Positions 30,032-38,592 of a stretch of 64,000 nucleotides of DNA are shown here, in pieces. Position numbers and translations under genes: made by a program. Positions within the stretch are counted from its first letter, which is position 1. Every line of letters begins with the position of its first letter. Location of the stretch: IMG/VR virus record IMGVR_UViG_3300037011_001068, positions 1 through 64,000 of that record, one strand, 5' to 3'. The DNA is from a virus. The notes below the pieces were generated by a model that was given only the letters and a program-made list of their open reading frames with translations, was not told the origin of the DNA and did not search any database.

Positions 30032-31486
30032 ATGACACGCGATAATGGCTCATCCGTGCAACGGCAACCCGTTGGGTCGGTACAATTTCCATTTGGCGTT
30101 TCCTTCCAGAAAACGCTTGTTCGGCTTCTTTGCGAGGATCCGAATTTTGCCTCTGCAGTCCTTTCTTATCTGGCTTCACAGTTTTTTGAGAATGATGCGC
30201 TTTCTTGGGCTTTTGAGCGAATTTTGGCTTACCATGCAAAGTATGATGCTATTCCCCCGCTTCCCGTGCTTCTCGATGAGTCGCGGCGTGTGGATTCGTC
30301 GGTAGCTCAGATCTATCAAGCGACGCTTGAAGAGGTGCGGATCGCGGATCTTACCGCTGAGCAGTGGCTTCGTGATCAGGTGCTCGAATTTATCAGGCGG
30401 AACGTGTTTGTGAAGGCTTTCCGTGACAGCCGTGAGCAGTACAATCAAGGGGATTTTCAAGCGGCTTATGATACGATGATGGAAGCGGTGGATCGCATAT
30501 CTAATGTGCAGATTCAGGCGGTAGATCGGGAATTCTTTTTCGAGGCATTTTCTCAGCGGCAGGCAAAGCGTTTGAGCGGGGATGCAAAAGAGGATCCGGT
30601 TCCCACTGGTATTTTTGACCTTGATAAGATTTTGAATGGCGGGTTGTCCCGCGGAGAGCTGGGGATTTGGGTAGCATACCCTAAGAGGGGTAAGTCCACG
30701 CTCCTCGTGAATCATGGGGTGCAAGCTATTCGGAGAGCAAATGTGAACGTTCTCCATTTGATCTATGAGGGGAAACGACAAATGGCATCGGATCGGTACG
30801 ATGCTATTTTCGCTCAGGAGCAATATTGGCAGATTCGGCGTGGTGACATGAGCGAGGAGAGGGTTCGTGCGCTCCAATATGAATATGGAATGTATAGGCA
30901 GAAGCTTGTGATTCGTGGGTTCACGGAGCATTGGGATTATTCGGTGGAATCGATCCATGAGGAGATCCGTGGGCTCCAGAGACAATTTGGGTGGGAGCCG
31001 GCTCTTGTGATCATTGATTACGGGGATCTTTTGAAGGGCCGAGGAAAATATCGGGACAGCTTTGAGAGCCAGCGAACGGTGTATCGTGACATTAAAACCC
31101 TTGCCAATCGGGGATACGCGATTTGGACGGCGAGTCAGGCGCAGCGTCCTTCCGGAGACGTGGACATGAGCTCTGAGATTTTAAAGAGCCGCCGGGTTGC
31201 AGATTGCTATGACAAAGTTCGAGTCGCGGATTTTCTTGGCACGATTAATCAAACGCTTGAGGAGCGAAAGGCTAGGCAAATGCGGCTTTTTGCGGAGCTT
31301 TATCGGGATAATGAAGCTGACAAGGTTATTTCGGTGAAGGCGGACTTCGCAAAAATGACTATTAGCTCGGTTGTAGATCCAAGTGAAGGAATTATTCTTA
31401 ATCCAGTGCATGCTCCTATTCCTTTGGGTTACAAATCAGGGGGAACAACCGGAAAATATCCTACGCAGCGGAGGGCGCCGTTATGA
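30032..31486 (+). CDS. dnaB: DnaB-like replicative helicase
   Basis: PTGIFDLDKILNGG, Walker A AYPKRGKST, IIDYGDLL, WTASQAQR. Confidence 0.9.
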   Translation: MTRDNGSSVQRQPVGSVQFPFGVSFQKTLVRLLCEDPNFASAVLSYLASQFFENDALSWAFERILAYHAKYDAIPPLPVLLDESRRVDSSVAQIYQATLEEVRIADLTAEQWLRDQVLEFIRRNVFVKAFRDSREQYNQGDFQAAYDTMMEAVDRISNVQIQAVDREFFFEAFSQRQAKRLSGDAKEDPVPTGIFDLDKILNGGLSRGELGIWVAYPKRGKSTLLVNHGVQAIRRANVNVLHLIYEGKRQMASDRYDAIFAQEQYWQIRRGDMSEERVRALQYEYGMYRQKLVIRGFTEHWDYSVESIHEEIRGLQRQFGWEPALVIIDYGDLLKGRGKYRDSFESQRTVYRDIKTLANRGYAIWTASQAQRPSGDVDMSSEILKSRRVADCYDKVRVADFLGTINQTLEERKARQMRLFAELYRDNEADKVISVKADFAKMTISSVVDPSEGIILNPVHAPIPLGYKSGGTTGKYPTQRRAPL

Positions 31487-32496
31487 TCAACGGGTTTGAT
31501 CTTGAGGGATACTTGCAGTTCAAGGGTGCAAGGCCGGTACAGCGAGATGAGTGGGTTCTTCAGTGTCCGATTTGCGAGAAGCTGAAGCTCGCGGTGAACA
31601 TCACGAAAAAGCGCTGGCATTGCTGGATTTGCGAGACCTATCAGGCACGGTCGGATGGGAGCCGGGTAGCGACGAAAGGCGCTGGGGGGATCGTTGCGCT
31701 CATCATGCTGCTTGAGAATTGCACGCGGGAGCGAGCGGAGGCTTGGTTATCCTGGTATGGCTGGCGAGGGCAATCGCTTGGAGGGGTATCGCAGATCGAT
31801 GGTGACTTGATCGAGGATTTTCGGATTTCGGACGGTTCGAGACCTCTTCCAGAAATAGCCTATCCACCGTATACGCGATCTTTAGGTGGAGGCAATTTGC
31901 CTTATTGTCAAAAGCGTGGTATTATGGCGGAAGATGTCCAGCAATTCGGCCTTGCCTACTGTGAGGCAGGTCGGTATGGCGGGCGTCTTCTTTTTCCGGT
32001 CTTTGAGTTTCAGAGGTTGGTCTACTTTCAAGCTCGGGCCACTTGGGATCCGCAGCCGGGGGAACCTTACGTGAAGGCGTTGAATCCTCCGGTGCATTCA
32101 GGAGGGGCGGGCGCGAAGGATGTGCTCCTGAATTTGGATGTGGCGCGGAATTTTCGCAGGGTGGCGGTGGTGGAAGGGCCCGTGGACGCGATTCATACGG
32201 GGCCCTCGGCGGTGGCGACGTTTGGAAAACACATCAGTCCGGCGCAGACGATGAAGCTTCGTCAGGCGGGTGTACGGGCCCTGGACTTGATGTGGGACGG
32301 TCCCGGACCAACTGAGCCTATGGGGGCATGGCCGGAGATGATGAAGGCATCCAGGCAGCTTGCAGGGCTCTTTGATGTGCGGTTGGTTTTCCTTCCTCGA
32401 GGGGATCCCGGGGAGTATCACCGGGGGGAGCTGGAGTGGTTCCGTCGGTATCACGCGAGGCCTGCAGAGTCGGTGTCGGGGCTCGCGTATCTATAA
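31483..32496 (+). CDS. DNA primase
   Basis: Zn finger CPIC...WHCWIC; GRLLFPV...FQAR; TOPRIM VVEGPVDA...MWD. Confidence 0.9.
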   Translation: MINGFDLEGYLQFKGARPVQRDEWVLQCPICEKLKLAVNITKKRWHCWICETYQARSDGSRVATKGAGGIVALIMLLENCTRERAEAWLSWYGWRGQSLGGVSQIDGDLIEDFRISDGSRPLPEIAYPPYTRSLGGGNLPYCQKRGIMAEDVQQFGLAYCEAGRYGGRLLFPVFEFQRLVYFQARATWDPQPGEPYVKALNPPVHSGGAGAKDVLLNLDVARNFRRVAVVEGPVDAIHTGPSAVATFGKHISPAQTMKLRQAGVRALDLMWDGPGPTEPMGAWPEMMKASRQLAGLFDVRLVFLPRGDPGEYHRGELEWFRRYHARPAESVSGLAYL

Positions 32497-32511
32497 GGAG
32501 AGGAGGATTTT

Positions 32512-32775
32512 ATGGGTAGAGCAGTCAGGGAGCCTTTTTTAGGGGGTGCAGGCCGAAAAAAGACAGACACGCGGATCCCAGAGCCTCTTGTGGAGGTCCT
32601 CAAGGAGATAGCGGTGGTCTTGGGAGTTTCGATGAACGCGGTTTTTTGCCTCTCGGTAGCGAATTTTCTTCTGCAGATGGTTCCAGTGCTCCCCGGAAGG
32701 AAGCGGGCGGCGGTTTTCAAGGTGCTGGAATCTAATGTCCAGAAATTGCTAGAAGACATTCGATCGAAGCTTTAG
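32512..32775 (+). CDS. ribbon-helix-helix-like regulator
   Basis: KKTDTRIPEPLVEVLKEIAVVLGVSMNAV fits the RHH pattern; AAGGAG/GAGG SD. Confidence 0.6.
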   Translation: MGRAVREPFLGGAGRKKTDTRIPEPLVEVLKEIAVVLGVSMNAVFCLSVANFLLQMVPVLPGRKRAAVFKVLESNVQKLLEDIRSKL

Positions 32776-33017
32776 ATATTTCCCAAAAAAAGGCTAGTGT
32801 TTCCTTGAGGAAAACGGTTCTTTGATTGTGTACTCTTGAGGCATTTTGCCCTATTTTCATTCTAACCCTCCGATTCTTCATCAAAAAAATTTTTAGAATA
32901 TTTTGCTTTACAACTGCTGGGGGGTTCGTTACTGGTAAGGGGCGGGATCGTTTTTGGGATATCGCAGATAGGCATTTTGACCCCCTGCTCCAGGGGGGTC
33001 GGAAAGGGACGTGTGGC

Positions 33018-33527
33018 ATGGAGATTCCATCTTCTATTGAGACTTACATCCGGAAATTGAGTGGGCAGCTTGGATGCTACCTGGGTTTAGATGTTTCGGG
33101 GTGCGATCGAGAGGATTATGAGGCGCGGTTGCGCTTGCACGCTCTCGAGGTCCTTCGCAAAGTGCGTCCAGAAATTGCAGGGGAAGCGCTCGAAAAGTAT
33201 TTGGGGAAGGCGCTGTACTACCGTTCGATGGATTTTTTTCGCGAACGGCGCCGTTTTCCAGCGGCTAAGGATCTTGTGCCAGTTACTGATTTTATCGTGG
33301 GGTATTACGATTCTGTGGCGCGTTTGGATGCGCGGAAGGCCCTAAAAATTCTTCATGAGAATCTTTCTCCAGTGGATTGGCGTCGCCTATGGGCCGTTGC
33401 TCAAGGAGCGACAGCTCAAGAGGCGGCGAGGGGGCGGCTGAGGAGGTTTTCCTTGCAGACTCAGCGAGCCAAAATTCGGGAATCCCGGAGAAAGGCGAAA
33501 AAGATTCTGGATGCTTTTCGATGGTAG
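33018..33527 (+). CDS. sigma70/ECF-like phage transcription factor
   Basis: DREDYE..L.LH...KYL..ALYYRSMDFFR resembles sigma region 2; LSPVDWR and a basic C-terminal helix resemble region 4. Confidence 0.55.
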   Translation: MEIPSSIETYIRKLSGQLGCYLGLDVSGCDREDYEARLRLHALEVLRKVRPEIAGEALEKYLGKALYYRSMDFFRERRRFPAAKDLVPVTDFIVGYYDSVARLDARKALKILHENLSPVDWRRLWAVAQGATAQEAARGRLRRFSLQTQRAKIRESRRKAKKILDAFRW

Positions 33528-33578
33528 AGCGTTAAGGTATACAGGAAGGATGAAGTCCAGAAAATCGTGGAGGAAAAA

Positions 33579-34736
33579 ATGGGTGCTCAAACCCCCGAAT
33601 GTTACGGAATTCTTTGGGATGGCAGTCCTGAGGGAGAGTGCTTGCGATGCCAAGTCCAGGCAGACTGCTTGGATGTTTTCACTCTCCAGGAGCTTCCAAA
33701 ACTGAAAGCGAAGGCAGGACCTAATTTTTCGGTGGAGAAATTGGCAATGCTGGCGGGGGTGCCTGAGGCGGCAATAGAAATCGCTCTCCAGCGTGAGGCG
33801 CGAGAACCTGTAACTCCCCCAGGATTCGCAGCTCAGCTGGTGGGTCCTACTTCGCCTCTTCCGCACTCGCCAGCATCGTCTCAACGTGTGGATCTCGATT
33901 TTGCTGAAGAGGGATCCGAAGGAGAAGAGGAGCCTGAAGAGGAGCTTGAGGGGGAGGGTGCGCGGGGATTAGAGAAACCAGCGCATCTAGTCATTGAGGC
34001 TTTTCCGGAGAAGCCGGGGGAGCCTGAGGAAACAAAGTTTGTGAAGGAGGAGGTAATGCCCCGTAAAAGAGGGCGCCCGCGAAAGGTGCCACCGACCCCG
34101 CTTCTCGAAAAGAAGGGGGGCAAGAAAGAGAGCCCGCTGAAGCATCTTGCTACGCGGACCCCAGCGTCGGAGCTCCCTCCGGAGCCCAAGAAGTCTGCTC
34201 TGGAGGCTAAGAAGGGTACTCCGGTGGTGGGAAAAGGAAGAAAGAAGGAGCCGGTCAAAAAGCCGGAACAACTTCCCCGCCCTTCGAGGGCCCGATCTGC
34301 CAAGCCTGTGGTGGATCGGGCCGGGGACAGACAGGCATATGCCAGGAGTGTAGCGGAGCTGGCAGAAATAGCACTCAGAAAGAAGGAAGCGATCCCGCAG
34401 TGGGAATGGGGCTCGGATCACGATCAGAGCCGATTTTTTCGGGAACGGAAGAGGAGCCGGATCATTGCCCTCCTGACTCCGGGGATGAAAATCCTCCGGG
34501 AATGGGAGGGGCGGATCTACGAGGTCCTGGTCCAAAAAGACGGATACCGGTTTGCAGGCAAAAAATATCCCACCCTGTATGCAGTCAGGATTGCGATAAC
34601 GGGGAGGCGATGGACCCTGAAACAAACGAGGGATGGGAAGAGGAGCCCGGGTCTTCGCCCGACAGGGAATTGCGGGGCAGTAAGATGGTTCCAGTTGGAG
34701 AAATTTCTGGAGAAGAGAGGAGTTTCTTTGACCTGA
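33579..34736 (+). CDS. Cys4 + acidic + AT-hook + DUF2924-like DNA-binding protein
   Basis: CYG...C..C.....C; Glu-rich tract; PRKRGRPRK; TPGMKILREWEG..YEV...GYRFAGKKYPTL.A...AITG.RW. Confidence 0.7.
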   Translation: MGAQTPECYGILWDGSPEGECLRCQVQADCLDVFTLQELPKLKAKAGPNFSVEKLAMLAGVPEAAIEIALQREAREPVTPPGFAAQLVGPTSPLPHSPASSQRVDLDFAEEGSEGEEEPEEELEGEGARGLEKPAHLVIEAFPEKPGEPEETKFVKEEVMPRKRGRPRKVPPTPLLEKKGGKKESPLKHLATRTPASELPPEPKKSALEAKKGTPVVGKGRKKEPVKKPEQLPRPSRARSAKPVVDRAGDRQAYARSVAELAEIALRKKEAIPQWEWGSDHDQSRFFRERKRSRIIALLTPGMKILREWEGRIYEVLVQKDGYRFAGKKYPTLYAVRIAITGRRWTLKQTRDGKRSPGLRPTGNCGAVRWFQLEKFLEKRGVSLT

Positions 34737-34999
34737 TCGTGGATTTGCGAAAAGCGCAATTTCAGATCGTGTACTGGCCAGCTTATCCAGCGCTTTTGAC
34801 TTTTGGAAATTGTAGGATTCTTCAAGTAGGCGGTTATAGTGACTATTTCCAAAAGTACGTGAAGCTTGTACCGGAAAAAACAGGGGAGCCGGGTGTCGTT
34901 GAGGTTCTCCTCGAGGAGCTCGCAGCCTTGCCAGGTGCAATAGGTCCGGCTTTAGAGGCTCTTTTCGCGAATGCCCAATCCTTCCTCAAAAAAAGTTAG
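34685..34999 (+). CDS. hypothetical protein
   Basis: Likely start ATG 34685 within the longer track ORF. Confidence 0.45.
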   Translation: MVPVGEISGEERSFFDLIVDLRKAQFQIVYWPAYPALLTFGNCRILQVGGYSDYFQKYVKLVPEKTGEPGVVEVLLEELAALPGAIGPALEALFANAQSFLKKS

Positions 35000-35201
35000 G
35001 TGGCGCGTCCGGGTTCCAATTGTCGGCCTGGCAGAGGCGGACGTGTGGGCGCGGACGCGAGAAGAAGCGGAAGAGACCCTGCGGGGCACTTCCCCTCTTT
35101 CTGTCCTTCGGGGCTCTCTTTCGCTTCTTCGCTTAGGGTATAATTTCGAGGCGGCAACGGTGGAATGTGCAGGGGGATCTCCTGATGCCGATGCAGATTA
35201 A
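34971..35201 (+). CDS. small hypothetical protein
   Basis: Fills the gap before the polymerase. Confidence 0.45.
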   Translation: MPNPSSKKVRWRVRVPIVGLAEADVWARTREEAEETLRGTSPLSVLRGSLSLLRLGYNFEAATVECAGGSPDADAD

Positions 35202-38019
35202 TCCCCATCAATGCACTTCGGGGGCTTTGGACACCGGATCGCCCGATAAGGAAATCGTGTGGCGAATGGATCAGGTTGGGCCGATGGTTCGCTTTCTTCA
35301 GGCGAGCCCCATTTTAATTTTCGATTTTGAGACCTCTGGGCTGGCGTATTTTCGGGATGCTGCGGCTTGTGGCATTGCCTTGGCGGGAGTGGATCAGGAG
35401 GGCCAGAGGCGCTCTTATTATGTGCCTTTCAGGCATGCGACCATTTTTCGCCAGCTCCCTATCGAGGTGGTTTCCCAGGGGGTGGCGCCGCTTCTCGCGG
35501 ATCCGAATAAGCTGAAGATCGCGCACCACATTAAATTCGATGAGCACATGGCGCGGCGGGAAGGATGGCGCGTGGAAGGGAAGCGCTATGACACCATGAT
35601 TGCCGCGCACATTGCGGATGAAAATAAGCCTATAGGATTGAAAAGTCGTGCGATGAGCGATCTGCATCGAAATGATGCAGATTATTGGGAAGGTCGTGTT
35701 GATGCGGAAGTTCGACAGCTCGCAAAAAAAGAAGGTCTTGGGATCGCTGCTTATCGTGAAAAATATGGTTATTCTCAGGTGCCACTTCCGATCGTTGGTC
35801 CATACGCATGCTTGGATGTGGAGCTCACGCATGAGCTCTACAAGCTTTACGAGAAAAATGGGCTTTCTTCTTTTTATGGGCCCATTTTCAGCACTGAATC
35901 CAAGCTCACGGGAATTCTCTGCGAAATGGAGGAGGAGGGCCTTCCCATCGATGTGCCTTACGTCCAGAAATTGAGGGAAAATCTTGTGGCGGTGCAGGCT
36001 CAATTGCTGGATTCTATTTTTCGGATAATTCCTGGGAAGCGTTTTAATTTGGCGTCCGATCAGGAGCTCCGTGATTTTTTGACTTGCGATCTGCGGCTCC
36101 CTCTCCACAAATTAACGGAGAAGGAACAGCTTGCGGTGGATGCGGAGGTCCTCGAGGAATTTTCTGCAGCTCATCCAGCAATTTCATTTATTTTGCAATG
36201 GAGAGAAGCGGAAAAAATTCGGAATACCTACACCACGTCTATCCTCTCTCGGTTGGATCGGAATAATATTCTGCACCCGGATTATCAGCAAGTCGGGACG
36301 GTGACTGGTCGGCTTGCTTGCAAATCCCCGAATTTTCAAAATCAGGTGAGGGATGATGATGATCGAGCAAAGAAGCACAGTGGGAAGGGGCTCAAGGAAG
36401 GGGGTGTGGATCCCTGGTCAGTCCGGAGGGCGTATGTTAATCGTGGGCCCGGTTGGGTGCGGTTATTTTTTGACTATTGTTTACATCCTTCGACGTTAGT
36501 GGAGACGGTTGCGGGAAAGCGGGCTTTGGGAGATCTTAAACCTAGGGATAGGGTTTTCACTTGTCGGAATATGGAGATTTCGAGTGGTGAGGTTTCTCGA
36601 GCAGTTCGGATCGGGAAACTCCCCGCTTACAAGATCAATTTCGATAATGGGGAAAGCGTAATTGCTTCTGTGGATCATGAGTGGCCTGTGGCGATTATAA
36701 AAGGTCAGCAGTTTTATCAGATTAAAAGAAAGACGGAGAATCTTCAGGAGGGCCAGTGGGTATTATCTGCGAAGTTGACTGAAAAGGGATGTATATATGA
36801 TGATAGGGTTAGCTCCATTGAATATGTAGGTTTACAAGAGATGTTTGCGATCACAGTGGAGCCTGATCATAATTATATTCTTGGGTGCGGGGTGGTTACC
36901 TGTAATTCTCAAATCGAATTGAGGGTTTTGGCTCATTATTCTCAGGATCCCACTTTGGTTGAGGCGTATCTTACCGGGGAAGATATTCATTCCAGGACTT
37001 CGATGGAGGTTTTTGGGAATAAGTCTTCTCGCCAGCTCGCGAAGATTCTTAATTTCGGCCTTTGTATTGCTGGTGGGCAGAAGGTCTTGACGCGCCAAGA
37101 TGGCCTTGTGCCGATTGAGCAAGTGCAGGATAGGCATTTTCTCTGGGATGGCGTTGATTGGGTTAGACATGCTGGCCTAGTATGCCGGGGGGAAAAGGGT
37201 GTCGTGACGTATGAGGATCTCACTGCGACGCCAGAGCATTTGGTTTTTTTGAAAGGTGGCCGATCTATTCCGATCGGATGCCTTGCATCCTCTATTAGTT
37301 CTGGGCGTCTTGCTCTTGGCGCGGTTGGAGAGGATCCCGTTAAATATTTTGCAGCTTATGGGCCACACTGGTATGCGATAGAGAATTCAGGTTGTGAGAG
37401 CTGCATGAGTTGTTCGCCATGCTTGAAGACAGCAGTGGTATATGATCTTCTGGATGCTGGCCCGCGAAATAGATTTACGGTTGAGGGGAAAATTGTGTCT
37501 AACTCCTATTGTATGTCGGCGATTGGTTACAGCCGCAACGCCAAGATCCCTCAAGAAGAGGCTGAAAAGCACATGGCTCAGTTTTTTGCTCGGTATAGCG
37601 GTATTAAACCCTTTCGCGAGAAACTATGGGCGGAAGTGCAGAGTCAGCGGGGTTATTTCCAGAATATTTTTGGGCGACCCCGAAGAGTGATCGGAATTCT
37701 TTCTCCGGGACGGCAGGCTGTATCGAGGGCTCGCCGGCAGATTATCTCGACCTTGATTCAAGGTACTGCAGCCGAGCTCACGAAAGAGAGCCTTTGCCGG
37801 ATTCATGATTTTTTGCGAGCAGAGAATATTCCCGCGAAGATTGTTGCGACCGTACATGATGAGATTCAGATTGATTGCCCGGTTGGGTCCTTGTCCAGAG
37901 TCGCGCGTGAGACGAAACGATTGATGGAGGATTTTTCACAGTTTGCTCCGATTCCTATCCTCGTGGATGGGCAATATTCCACGCAGAGCTGGAGCGATAA
38001 GCAATCGCTTCCACTGTGA
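35185..38019 (+). CDS. polA: family A DNA polymerase with 3'-5' exonuclease, interrupted by two inteins
   Basis: ExoI FDFETSGL, ExoII HHIKFD, ExoIII YACLD; TGRL; motif A DY|SQIELR; motif B AKILNFGL|SY; IQGTAAE; motif C TVHDEI. Confidence 0.95.
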   Translation: MPMQINPHQCTSGALDTGSPDKEIVWRMDQVGPMVRFLQASPILIFDFETSGLAYFRDAAACGIALAGVDQEGQRRSYYVPFRHATIFRQLPIEVVSQGVAPLLADPNKLKIAHHIKFDEHMARREGWRVEGKRYDTMIAAHIADENKPIGLKSRAMSDLHRNDADYWEGRVDAEVRQLAKKEGLGIAAYREKYGYSQVPLPIVGPYACLDVELTHELYKLYEKNGLSSFYGPIFSTESKLTGILCEMEEEGLPIDVPYVQKLRENLVAVQAQLLDSIFRIIPGKRFNLASDQELRDFLTCDLRLPLHKLTEKEQLAVDAEVLEEFSAAHPAISFILQWREAEKIRNTYTTSILSRLDRNNILHPDYQQVGTVTGRLACKSPNFQNQVRDDDDRAKKHSGKGLKEGGVDPWSVRRAYVNRGPGWVRLFFDYCLHPSTLVETVAGKRALGDLKPRDRVFTCRNMEISSGEVSRAVRIGKLPAYKINFDNGESVIASVDHEWPVAIIKGQQFYQIKRKTENLQEGQWVLSAKLTEKGCIYDDRVSSIEYVGLQEMFAITVEPDHNYILGCGVVTCNSQIELRVLAHYSQDPTLVEAYLTGEDIHSRTSMEVFGNKSSRQLAKILNFGLCIAGGQKVLTRQDGLVPIEQVQDRHFLWDGVDWVRHAGLVCRGEKGVVTYEDLTATPEHLVFLKGGRSIPIGCLASSISSGRLALGAVGEDPVKYFAAYGPHWYAIENSGCESCMSCSPCLKTAVVYDLLDAGPRNRFTVEGKIVSNSYCMSAIGYSRNAKIPQEEAEKHMAQFFARYSGIKPFREKLWAEVQSQRGYFQNIFGRPRRVIGILSPGRQAVSRARRQIISTLIQGTAAELTKESLCRIHDFLRAENIPAKIVATVHDEIQIDCPVGSLSRVARETKRLMEDFSQFAPIPILVDGQYSTQSWSDKQSLPL
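36478..36906 (+). mobile_element. mini-intein 1 (143 aa) in PolA motif A
   Basis: Starts CLHPST, block B SVDHEW, ends HNYILGCGVVTCN followed by Ser; removal restores DYSQIELR. Confidence 0.92.
37063..37503 (+). mobile_element. mini-intein 2 (147 aa) in PolA motif B
   Basis: Starts CIAGG, block B TPEH, ends VYDLLDAGPRNRFTVEGKIVSN followed by Ser; removal restores NFGLSY. Confidence 0.92.
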
Positions 38020-38026
38020 GGTGCTC

Positions 38027-38527
38027 ATGCAGAATTCCTTGGATGCGGTGATTTTTCGTCTTTCGAGCCACCCACCGTTTAATATTTATTACGTGGGCGA
38101 TGATGGGATGCCTCGGCCGTGGTTCGAGGTGAAGCCGGGTATTTTGTGGGAGCTTGCGATCCAGCAAATAGGCTTAGCAACCCAGGTTGAAGCGATCGGC
38201 GCTCAGATCATGTTTTGGGGGCGGATGGTCGCGCAGGCAAAGCGTGTTTGGGATGTGGAGCAAAGGCTCTATCGTGTTTGGCGGGATAAGCGTTACCTTG
38301 ATCTTCTGGGAGAGAAGGAGAAAGGGAAAAAGCTTACGCAGGCGAACCTCGATCGGCTCATTCGATCGGAGGCGGTCTACACGGAATTTTATCGAAGGAT
38401 TGAGCGGGCAGAGGAAGCGTACAATGCGGCCGGCGCTGTTTTGGAAGGATTTAGAGCGAAGAAAGATTTGATGAAAACTGCGATTATACGGCAGCATGAG
38501 GACGGTGCTCCGCGTCTCAGCGTGTGA
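38027..38527 (+). CDS. helical protein, possible UvsY-like recombination mediator
   Basis: Position between the polymerase and SSB/RecA; KKLTQANLD..I...Y......F..KKD pattern. Confidence 0.45.
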   Translation: MQNSLDAVIFRLSSHPPFNIYYVGDDGMPRPWFEVKPGILWELAIQQIGLATQVEAIGAQIMFWGRMVAQAKRVWDVEQRLYRVWRDKRYLDLLGEKEKGKKLTQANLDRLIRSEAVYTEFYRRIERAEEAYNAAGAVLEGFRAKKDLMKTAIIRQHEDGAPRLSV

Positions 38528-38592
38528 TTGTGCTTTCGCGTTTTTGCGTTTGTACGTTAATTAATAGTGGCGTTTAACTTTGGAGGAAAATC

